From: Catajapyx aquilonaris
Lineage: Eukaryota
Direction of reading: 5' to 3'
DNA: 29,514 bases
NCBI GenBank assembly: GCA_000934665.2
Contig: KZ538094.1
Location: forward strand, 124,001-153,514
A program made the translations under genes and the position numbers. Below, one piece after another: positions 8,944-18,943 of the stretch. Positions within the stretch are counted from its first letter, which is position 1. The number at the start of each line of letters is the position of its first letter. The notes beneath the pieces are model-generated. The model saw only the letters and a list, made by a program, of their open reading frames with translations, was not told where the DNA came from and did not search any database.

Positions 8944-9849
8944 CGTGCTGCCAACCTTTCTGCAACATGATAAATGCAATTTGTCAACCAAGATGCTAAG
9001 CATTGGTGGAGGGAGACACTAGAACCATCCAAGTTGTCATAGTCAATGCAATTTTATCATAAAATCTGAACCCACCTATCTTCATGAAAATAATATTCAT
9101 TGCGCCTTTTGTCTGATGTGATTAATGTGCATAATCTGTATTGTGTTAATATATTTTATTTATTTTATTTCGTACCCCATTGGGCTGTACAAGCCTTTAG
9201 GGGGTATTGTGTTAATATAAAGAATGTGACACTCCACCTACATGCCTCAAATCAAAATAACAGACACATTTCCCGACAACCATTATATTGGCACTGTGAT
9301 TCCGAGTAAACAAACTGTTCCACAGTAGTCGGCGGGATAAACAAATTCTCCCCATTCCAGCAACTAATAACCCACAAGTCCTCCTCCCAATAAAAAAAAT
9401 GCCCCAAATTTCACAACACTCGCCCATTGAAATGCAGTGATGCAAAGCCTACTTCGAATACAAAACAAATCATATACCTTTCGTGAATAACTACAATGGA
9501 CGCTTGGCCTCCTCCAGACACTCTGATGTCGACCTCCCTCCTAGTGTAATTTGGGATGTCGTGGGCCAATAATTCCCCCCCCCCNCCCCCCCCCTCCCAC
9601 TCCCACCTTGGTTGAGAAACCAATGACAATGTAGCCAACCTCCATTGTTTGGAACACTCCCCCCGTTGCCAAGGGAGACCGTTGCAACGAACAGGATGGA
9701 TCAACAAACAATGGTTCCATTTTTGACAATGATGGCCACGACTCGTCTCCCTTTGTCACGTAGGAAACCTAACCAGGACCACACAATAGTCGACGACACC
9801 AGTCGGTCGGCCTGGCCCCGAAATAATTGGCATTAAATCATACGTCCAA

Positions 9850-10400
9850 CAATCTGGGAGACACTGCAACTATAGAACCCAGAAAGTGGACCTATTTCGT
9901 AACCGGTTTCCTACAGGTCCTGCGTAATCGTTCCCCATGTTTTGAGATCGTTCGAACGCTCCAAACATACACAGTTTCCCCTCCTCTCCGAGGGAGATAA
10001 TTTAAAAATAAAAATAAAACGCGATTAAAATGAGTGGGAAGCACGCACCTTTTTTATATATTTATGCAGACCACGTAGGCTGGGCACGAGTATGGAGGGC
10101 ACCGAAGTTTTCACAATTTAGCTTCCTCGACACTCAGACCACGACTGCTGCCAAACTGTTCCACTGTCGGGCTGATGTCGATGGAGGAGGCCCTCCCATT
10201 GGTCCTCCCGTCTCCTGCCCCACCCATCCACCATCGCGATCGGCCAATCAAAAAGTTTGTTTGGAACGGAACAGGGTGGCCAACCTCTGGAGACGTTCGA
10301 ATTGTTTGTTTACAACAGTGGGCAGGGTTGCCATGACAAACGGACGATGGGAACCGAATTTTTACAATGGTTTGAAACTGAGAATAATATTATTAAGAAT
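9850..10400 (-). promoter_or_regulatory. CpG-rich candidate promoter / 5' UTR region of the piwi gene
   Basis: CpG-rich relative to its flanks. ATTGG at 10198 and CCAAT at 10244, TTTGAA near 10371, possible minus-strand donor GTATGA near 9844. Positional inference only. Confidence 0.3.
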
Positions 10401-10924
10401 GTCGAATAATTGTTGGGGTGTGCGTGTCACATTGCGTAAAACAATTGAGACACGCAGCACATTCATTGCAGCACCGTTACTGTAGCACCGTGGCAGCACT
10501 ATAGTAGTAAATTCATGGCTGGAATCGATGGAATCGTGCATATCGACATGAGGCGGCACCAGAGAGGAAATACACATCCTCCGTTTGAAAGGCAACAGTA
10601 CTTACTCCAAGTGCGACATGATGGCATCGACATCCGACATGACACGTGTAAAACAGGACAATTAGGCTGAGACAATGACAAATGCACAATGCAGTGCCAG
10701 TGAAGCAAGAAGTTGCTTCTCTTGGCTCTACTGCTCTACTGAATTCCAATAATGACTTCTAGCACAGTGTCTTACCTGGCCTGGTGGCCAACGTGAATAG
10801 AATCATTTCTGACAAATAGAGCAAATAGAATAATAGACCTAATTTAACAGATTTTATTTATTATGTTTAGATGTATGAAAGGCACCATCTTATTGTACAG
10901 TACACACGCTGAATGATTATTTGG

Positions 10925-12130
10925 TCAGTTCAGGTCCATTTTTCGAAGAGTACCCATCACAGCCTGCAACTGCTCCCTCATTCCACTGATGTTCTCCACC
11001 AGTTGAGCCACAGAGTTCTCCAGCACTTGCACCCTGACAGCCACCAGTTCTCCACCAGTATGGACCTCCCCTTGGGTGTCCTGCTTCTGCCTGTCCAAAC
11101 AGGCTCTGAGTCAGCCTCCAAGGGAAGCCATGAATAGCTCCTGTGGATATGTCCACCAGCACTCTTGCCCTCCTCAGCTTCGGAAAGAGAACGACCATGT
11201 TGGCCATCCAGTCCCACTGCCTTCTGAATTTGGGCAGAATCAATCTCTTCAGCTGCTTCCAGGGTCTCGTCCAGGTGTCCAGCACCACCATCAGCTGGAG
11301 ACGAAGTGGGACAGACGGGCACGTGCAGCTCATGCAACTGAACATTTCATGTTAGTGTATAGAATGTAGCCTACAGCAATATATTGCAATATTTTGCCTT
11401 GTTTTTTGACAAAAGTGATCTTCTTTCATCGTGAAGGTTCTGGGCCAAAATATCGACTCCACCAGACAAATATAAGTTGAACAAATTAATGACCTTAGGC
11501 AGTACAGCTCAGCCTCGTCAACAATGACTTGTGTCTCGCTCACAGCCAGTGCGTTCATAAGGTTCATGATGACCAGGACAACCAAAAAGAGGAACAAGAA
11601 GAACACAGCTGGCTGATTGGAGGCTGGAATCCTACAGGGAAAGCGTCAAAGTTCATGTCACCGAACATGATCACGTCTTCATCACAGTTCCGTTCATGGA
11701 CTTGAAGAAGGAGTTGCACTGACTGAACTTGGCATCGTCACAGAAATGGAAAGTGAGGTAGAAGCTAAGCACGAATCCGGCGATCATGAAGAAGACGAAC
11801 ATCACCTTCAAATAGTTCTTCAGCACTGCCGAAAACATCTGGACGTAGTTGAAGCTGGTGCGGGATTCGACCCAACATTAGAACCAGTTCTAGCCAGCTG
11901 AATGCTGATCAGAGTTGCTATGACAAAAGTTTGTCTCTTGAGTGGTACATCTGAGGAGAAGAAGGCGAGTCCGCAGGATAGGAGCATCACCATCTCCATA
12001 ATGTTTTCAAAGTCGCATAGGTACGTCCTAGGACCCCGTACCTATCTGAAATGACACTCGACCACACACGATCAGCCAGAATACGACAGATATATGCCAC
12101 ATTAGTAAGTACAGCACTTCAGTTTCAGCC
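10925..12130 (-). pseudogene. TRPA-family (painless/pyrexia-like) channel remnant: transmembrane S2-S6 region and C-terminal coiled coil
   Basis: Manual translation across several frameshifts: GPRTYLCDFENIMEM; FSWLELVLMLGRIP; YVQMFSAVLKNYLKV..FMIAGFVLSFYLTF; FFKSMNGTVMKT.IMFGDMNF; FFLFLFLVVLVIMNLMNALAVSETQVIVDEAEL; terminal VRVQVLENSVAQLVENISGMREQLQAVMGTLRKMDLN* (TGA 10927-10925). Minus-strand AATAAA at 10858-10853. No introns seen. Confidence 0.85.
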
Positions 12131-12339
12131 GTAAAGTCGTTTCGTCAGAAAAAGGAGGGACTCACACAAACACGTCTCAATTTGAGTAACCATAGTAACC
12201 ACACCACGTATTACAAAAGTAGTTTTCATGCATCCCAGGAGCAACACAAACCCTCTTTCTTGATGGAAGACTGCCGTAAAATGGTTACCATGGTGGTCAA
12301 TATAGTTACTCAGAATTTGACGCGTGTATGACGAGCCAC

Positions 12340-13688
12340 AAATCCTCGTTTTCTGGTGGAACGACGCATCTACGGCGCTAAGTGTATTGGCAAACTTCTG
12401 GAGAGAAACGCAAATGTCAGCACGTCAGGAAAGGACAAGAACGCACCATTGCACGTGGCTGTGGAGAAAGACAACGAACCCATGGTGCAGCTCCTGGTGT
12501 CCTTCGGAGCTGATGTGAACGCCAAGAACAAGTTCGGACACACCAGTTTGCATCTGGCTGGACACTCTTCATCAATCGCTTTGAAGCTGATCTGGGCTGA
12601 AGGGAACGTCCACTCGCTGGACAAGTTCGGACGAACTCCGTTGCACCACGCCAAAGATATTGAGATGGTGTTGACGTTGGTCAGAAACGGAGCAGTAGTC
12701 AACGCAAAGGACGGTAAGAAGAGGACACCACTGCATCTGGCGGACAATGCAGAAGGGACGAAAGCACTGATTGAGTCCAAAGCGGACGTTGCTGCATGGG
12801 ACGACAATGGGAGGACACCACTGCATATCACCAAAAGTGACGGTAGCCTACTGTACTGTAAGCACACAGCTGAACTGCCAGAAATTGTTTCAAAATAATT
12901 TACAGGTGTGGCCAAGGTTCTGATTGTCAGCAGTGCAGACATCCACTCGTGTAACGACCGTGGAAGGATGCCTCTGGACATAGCAAGTCTGGAGGACACG
13001 ACTCCGTGGTCAGGTACCTGGTTCCAAACCGGTGCGGAGGGTCAACTGCAGAGATGGAGACAGATGCACTCCGCTGCATCTGGCTAAGAATAAGTCAACT
13101 GCAGAGATCCTAATTTGCAGAGGGGCTTCGGTCAACGCACAGGACAGAAAAAGTGCGACTCCTTTAATCCATGTGGTCATGTCCAACAATAAGGAGACTC
13201 GTCCACAGTACCTCCTCAGAGAAGGTGATCTGAGAGGTATCAAGTGTAGCGACAATGGAACCACCGCGATACACGAGGCGGTCGAGAACAAGGATGCCGA
13301 CATGCTGAGGATGCTCATGTCCCACGGAGGTACCAGTCTGATTCAGAATACCGGTTCACATGGCGGCCAAGTCCGGCGAGAATGCGTTGTTGCAGGGTCT
13401 TCTGAACAACAGACACAACAGCCAGTCGCTGAACATGGTCAACGAAATGGGGAGGGCACCTTTTCATCTGGTTGTTATGGGAGGACATCGAGACAGCTTC
13501 GAAACACTGGCTGATCGAGAGAGGTATACATGGTGAAAGACCATGAGGGAAACACACCACTGCATCTGGCATCAAAGAACAACCAGCTAGAGACTGTTCG
13601 GGATCTGCTCATTAGAGGTGTAAAGGACGTGCCAAACGATGACGGCTACACTGCTTTGCACTTAGCTGTACAGGCAGGACACCAGGTT
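12340..13688 (+). pseudogene. Disrupted ankyrin-repeat array (more than 10 repeats)
   Basis: Repeated ANK consensus (KNAPLHVAV, GADVNAKNKFGHTSLHLA, GRTPLHHA, KRTPLHLA, RCTPLHLA, GTTAIHEAV, GNTPLHLAS, GYTALHLAV) split over ORFs 12356-12898, 13032-13514 and 13530-13733 by stops and frameshifts. Confidence 0.85.
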
Positions 13689-13689
13689 A

Positions 13690-13825
13690 GGTTGCCAGAC
13701 ACCTCCTTGGTGCAGGTCAGAGACCCCTCCTGACACAGGTGAAAGGAAAGTTCCCCAGGCGGGGATCGAACCTGGAGCCTTTCACTCAGCAAGCCGAGAC
13801 GTTACCATCTCGGCCATCTACACCT
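13690..13825 (-). mobile_element. tRNA-derived SINE fragment
   Basis: Minus strand carries an A box TGGCCGAGATGG and a B box GGTTCGATCCC at tRNA spacing, but has no convincing acceptor or anticodon stem. It abuts the end of the ankyrin array. Confidence 0.6.
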
Positions 13826-14418
13826 CCCTCACTCTATAAGTACATGATGAATGGTGAACTCAGTCAAGGGAACTCCCATATTACAGAGCAAACAGGACTC
13901 AGATGAGGAGAAGTTAATCTACTCATAGATTCCTTTAAACCAGAACCATGCACTTAGAATATATTGTTCCTTAAGTTGCTAATTAACCTGATATCTGCCA
14001 AAGGTAAATTCCAACTTAAGTATCCCGACATTTCCTCACTTTCTTTTATTTCGATATACTGTCTGTAGTGATCCACATTACCAATTCTTTGGATAAGCCT
14101 ATTACAAATGTAAATGTTGTTGTCAATACAGGAAATCTAAAATGTTCCCCATTCTATGAAAATGTTAAAGAGTATTTGGCATTAGCCATTTGGGTGGTTT
14201 CTATCACTTATTTATTATCTTGGTTGGAATTCTAGGATCTTAAAACATTGGAATAGCCTCTTAAATTAACTTTCTGTGTTGCAAAGTCCTGCTTATTTGC
14301 CAGGTGTATTTGCAGGCATGTGTCAGTGTACTTACCATTGGATGTTAGATACAGTACCATAATGGAAGCTCACAATTTTGATGAGAGGCAAAAGGTCAAA
14401 GAAAAACAAACCTCATCA

Positions 14419-14570
14419 AGGTGAGTTTGCAAGCTTGCAATAACTGGTAGTCCCAAGCAAATCCAGGCTGTGAGAAGTCTCACAACCTATCCACTCATTA
14501 CATGTTTGCCCCAGGCTTAAAGGCCTGAATGCTCGCTAGCCGAGGTTCTCACAAGCTTGCAAACCTACCT
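14419..14570. mobile_element. MITE, possibly PIF/Harbinger-like (152 bp)
   Basis: Imperfect TIR AGGTGAGTTTGCAAGCTTG / CAAGCTTGCAAACCTACCT, flanked by 3-bp TCA on both sides. Confidence 0.6.
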
Positions 14571-15087
14571 TCAGTCACTTGCCTCTGGTGATGGGACTTG
14601 TGTGCTCCAACTACCCAAGGAGCTGTATCAGAGGTAGCCTTGTCTACTGGCAGGGTTACCTAAACCAGAAATGGGGTGGGAGAGAGGAAAAGCGAGATGC
14701 CCCAAACTTTCTCATTGTCTTTCTCTATTTGTTTCTATCTCGTCCATCTACCATTCTTTGTATCTTTTAGCTTTGGCTCCTTCCCATTCAAATAAACAAA
14801 CTGAAAACCTTTTGACTGCAAGCCATGACTGGACAAAACTTGAAGTATCCCCGGCGTAAAACACGTAGTACCAGCTGCACTCTACCAATACATTCTCCTG
14901 AACCAATCCCGGTGTAAAGGATGGCAGGGTGGGTTGGTGAGATGTCTACTTAACCCAGTTATGCCAGGAAAGGTTTTTGTTGAATTTGTGAACTTTTTTT
15001 GCTTCTATTAGTTCATATTAGTTCCCGAAACACAAAAATCGAGAGAAAACATTTTTCTGAATGCTTGTTTGCGATAAAATGGTCGTT

Positions 15088-15771
15088 CCCTATAATGGGG
15101 AACTAGCCTTCATTTTGGAAACTACATAATAAATTCGCCCATATTTTTTGGATTTTTTTGGCATATTCCGTTTTAAGATATCAGTTTCAGTTCGGGAGTA
15201 ATTGGGGTTTTTATGTAGGCTGCTGGTGACGTCACTGTCAGCCTAGAAAAGGTTGACGTCACGCGAAGTGAAATGAACGCAAAAAGGGTGTTATAGAACG
15301 CGCCCCGTCATTGTCGTAACATGCTTCGCTGTTGTTAGCAACCGTCCCATTCCGTGAGCAAGATAGCGGCCGGGGCGCGTATTTATTCCAGGTCGCTCAA
15401 GCCGCTTTGTACATGGCAGTGATGCCACCAGGTCGGAATTATCTGTCACCCGAATTCGGCACATGAAGGCCCCCCTTCTCCACCTCGATGGCCTACAGCT
15501 GCCTTCCGAATGCTTTCCGTCGTGTCCGCGGTTAATTCAAAGTCAAATTCCTCATATCTCGCAGTCATTTCAGAGTACCCTTTCGATTGGCACCACTTTG
15601 TTGCGCCTTTTTTCCCGCCAATTTTGAAGGCACTTTTAAATGTGCCGTAATTTATCCAGTAATGTCATTTTGATGCAACAGAGTGATGGAATGTATGCTT
15701 ACAGGCATGGGCTAGCTAGTTATGAACAAAAATCCCAAATCCCAGACCAAGGCTAGTTCCCCATTATGGGA
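15088..15771. repeat. Inverted repeat pair enclosing a CpG-rich core (probable DNA transposon relic)
   Basis: ATAATGGGGAACTAGCCTT (near 15092-15110) is mirrored by AAGGCTAGTTCCCCATTAT (near 15749-15767). The core has two TGACGTCA motifs and TTTCCCGCC. Termini and TSD not defined. Confidence 0.55.
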
Positions 15772-16076
15772 TGCTAGAAAAAATAATGTAACCTAGTATG
15801 GCTATAACAGTTGTTGATTACATGACCATGGCAACAGTGACATTCAGCAACATCCATAGTTTCATAATATCACCTATAGATGATTGATTGTTGTCGATTG
15901 CATTACCATGGAAACAGGCTGTGCAAAGAAGGGATTGTAATTTAGTCAAAATCAACAACAATCAAGGATTGTTGCAACAGTTGCCATGTTAACCAATTGC
16001 CATGCAATCTCGTTTAATTGTATGGATTCATTACGGAGGGTTTATGAGCTCTTATGGGTTAGTCAATCCACCTTAA

Positions 16077-16328
16077 CCCTGGAACTGTGCCGTGGGGTCT
16101 TTTTGGACCCCAAGGAATTAAAATGCATTAAAATGATAATTACAATGAACTTTTTGCCATTTTTTTACAGTATCGTATAACAGGAAGTGCATGTTTATTT
16201 TGAATTAGCGATCATTTTAGGCATTGTTCAAAGAATGATTGTATATACATTGAAAGGTATTATATAAAAATTAATAAAAATTAAAATACGGATGGGGTCC
16301 GAAAAGACCCCACAGCACGGTTCCAGGG
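16077..16328. mobile_element. piggyBac-type MITE (252 bp)
   Basis: TTAA on both sides (16073-16076, 16329-16332), CCC...GGG ends, and a TIR of about 35 bp CCCTGGAACTGTGCCGTGGGGTCTTTTTGGACCCC with few mismatches. Confidence 0.9.
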
Positions 16329-16375
16329 TTAAAACCATCTGACCCTGTATGGATTCGTTAAAATACAGTTCAACA

Positions 16376-16801
16376 CCGAAGCAGCAGTAGCTAAGGGGAT
16401 TTGGTATCCGGCTGCAAATCGGGAGGTCCAGGGATCAAATCCCCAGGCCGGCAACTCTGACCGTGGTTTTCTGTGGTTTCCCACGGTCACCCCAGGTAAA
16501 TACCGGAGTTGTTTCCTAATCGTAGGCCACAGCCGCTTCCTGCCTTCCCTATCCCTGCCCCGTACTGGAGGAGGTGCGGCGTTTGTGGGAGGCCTCTTAC
16601 CCGCACCTAGAGGGTCGTCTTTCAACCTAGCCCTCTGGGGGACTGCACACGGCCTCCGCCATGAGACATTGCACTTGCACCACTGTCCCCCCCTCCATTC
16701 CAGCACTGGAGAGTTAGAAAATGGCAGAAAAACCTCCCCCCTACATAAGCCAGAAGGCTTCAAGGGTGTAATTTAAAAAATATATATATATATATATATA
16801 T
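16376..16801 (+). mobile_element. Full-length tRNA-derived SINE with (TA)n tail
   Basis: 13-bp TSD ATACAGTTCAACA (16363-16375, 16802-16814). tRNA-like head with CCGGCTGCAAATCGG loop and B-box-like GGATCAAATCC. Central GTGGTTTTCTGTGGTTTCCC...CAGGTAAATACCGG...GGCCACAGCCGCTTCC domain resembles insect SINE bodies. A/(TA)n tail. Confidence 0.85.
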
Positions 16802-17346
16802 ATACAGTTCAACAAAGTGTACAAAATCCACACACATACTTTACTTGTCCAAATGTGGGTGCATTTGCCTCTTGTGTTCTCCCGAGGGGACACCAGATTT
16901 CAACACTACTCTTAGACAAGAAAAGTAAAAAAATATGCCTATATTTCCCTGTCGACATCATCATTCATAAGTTTTCTAAGTATTACAAACAATAAATAAC
17001 TCATAACATTAATCAATATACGAGAATTAATTACTAATCATATTCGGAACATGAAGGTGCAGCCATTATTTCCTGAGTTAAAATTCAAACACCTGTGTCT
17101 TAAAAAGCTGAAGCAATATTTGAGCAGGTTTGAACTTGCATCGTTAGCTGGGACTCTCCTGAAGCCCCCGTAACGACTGCCAGCGCTTTAGCAGAAGAAG
17201 AACCACTGCAAAAATATTAAATATAACAACTGTGCAGGTGTCCTCTATAGGGACACTCGGCATATCTGGATTAATCTGGAGTCCTGGAAGGTCACTGTTT
17301 TTGATAATGTGCTTTGCAGTCTTGTCTTCTTGGGACAGGCCTAGTG

Positions 17347-17648
17347 CAGCATTCTTCAACAGTTTTGGTGTTGTGAAACCCTCTCTTTTTTTTCTATTAG
17401 AAAACCCTTCTGTAAACGTTACAATAAAACCCAGGGGCACTTAAAAAATCCCAAGTGTTCCTTTGGTAGTGACTTGTTAATAGTTTTCTTGCCCGAGAAT
17501 AATGGACCTAAAAATAAATCTGCCCTTCTGGCTATTGGAATATTGACCAGAGCACTCAATCAGCCATTGCTACAAATATCTTGGCAGAAGCCTTCAGGTA
17601 AACCACCAGAACCTTGCGGTTCCAAGGAACTCACGTTGAACATGACTG
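17347..17648. mobile_element. Old hAT-type MITE
   Basis: Degenerate TIR CAGCATTCTTCAAC / GTTGAACATGACTG. Flanks GCCTAGTG / CCCTAGTC match at 6 of 8 positions. Internal AAACCC/GAACC repeats. Confidence 0.55.
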
Positions 17649-17697
17649 CCCTAGTCTGATCAGATAAAACAGCCCCGCAAACTAGTCAACAGCCTTA

Positions 17698-18459
17698 GGC
17701 CGGAATCGTGGTGGCTCGCGTAAGCCTACAGGGGCATAAGTTGTGACGCTACTGCGCACGTACGAGGGTTGCTATCGCGCTGGAAAGTTATCAGAGGCGC
17801 AGAATTCAAACCATCCCATAAATCTAGGGGACGTCTCGAGTTCCCAAAGGAGTTATGGGAGGGTTGGCGCTCGGCTTTTCAGGCCCCTAGGGAGTTTTGG
17901 TGGGGCCGGGGTTTGCTTCAGGTTGGTGGGGGGGAGTGCCCGGGGGCGGCCTGAGGCTTGGGGGCCTCTTTGGATGTGCGTTCCGTCAGGTCGGATTTTT
18001 CATCACCTCCCAAAACCAAATGCAATGAAATCGTGTGGAGTGAGGACGGGGGCGGACCGTGGCTAGGGGCGGCCCCGGGGCCACTTTGAATGCGCGTTCT
18101 CAGTTCTGTAATGTCGGATTTATTATCACATCCCCAACCGAATGCAATGCAATGGTGTGGGGTGCACCCAGGGCAGGCCGATGGCCCAACCTTGCCCCCA
18201 CCTACACACCCCACACCCAACCCGCGTGAGAAGCATGTTCCGGGATTGGCTGTTAGAGCCCATTGCGTCACGGATGCCGACCGTTTACATGTACNGGGGG
18301 GGGGGGGGGGGGGGGGGGGGTGAGTCCAGCTGATTAAAGCGCCGATAAGGGACGTCACCAAGATGGACTTCTCCTTTAAATATATGGCCCATTTACTGGC
18401 CGCCATGATTACAGGTCACTTGCGTGACCACACATGTGGGAGCCACAGCTATTCCGGCC
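17698..18459. mobile_element. PIF/Harbinger-like non-autonomous element (about 760 bp, GC-rich)
   Basis: TIR GGCCGGAAT.{4}GTGGCTC at both ends, TTA TSD (17695-17697, 18460-18462), internal direct repeat of about 55 bp (near 17990 and 18113). Contains an N next to a poly-G run. Confidence 0.7.
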
Positions 18460-18943
18460 TTAGTATCTGGATGAAAGAAGGTGGAAAAAGTCAACCAGTA
18501 CCAGACCCCAAATGGAAAAATGAATTATACACAGGACACTCTCTCTTAAATACATTTATACAAACTTGAATGACATCAATATAGTTTATACACAAAGATG
18601 CAAACAGGTGTTTCGGAAACGTATGGTATCAAGGCAAAATTAGATATGACATTAATCCTGCTTGAGTAATAGCCGCAAGGAGGGTAAGTTGTGCCTTGCC
18701 ACTGATTTATTTTTGATTGGGCATCGGAAAATGATTAACACTATTCACCCTGGTTCGCTGGGTGACTGGAAGTAAGCAATGCCTATCATAACATTTTTGC
18801 TGTGGTTGAGAACAGCTTCCCTCTACTCAGCTGAACTACAGCAGTGATTCAAGTACATTGCACGATAGGTAGACTCTAAATTGTTCAACAATAAGGGTAG
18901 CATACAGACGAAGGTCTGAATTGCAAACTCAGACGCTAATCTC

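Noticed and set aside
9575..9594. Poly-C run with N (and poly-G with N near 18295-18320) as G-quadruplex elements
   Set aside because: They coincide with ambiguous bases, so they are probable assembly joins of unknown true length; contiguity across them should be verified.
12340..13688. Ankyrin array as an endosymbiont (Wolbachia-like) horizontal transfer
   Set aside because: Not AT-rich, no flanking bacterial genes, and adjacent to a TRPA remnant that explains it more simply. Not fully excluded without a search.
13750..13825. Functional tRNA gene (also considered at 16380-16450)
   Set aside because: A/B boxes are present but the cloverleaf stems do not close; the context fits SINE heads.
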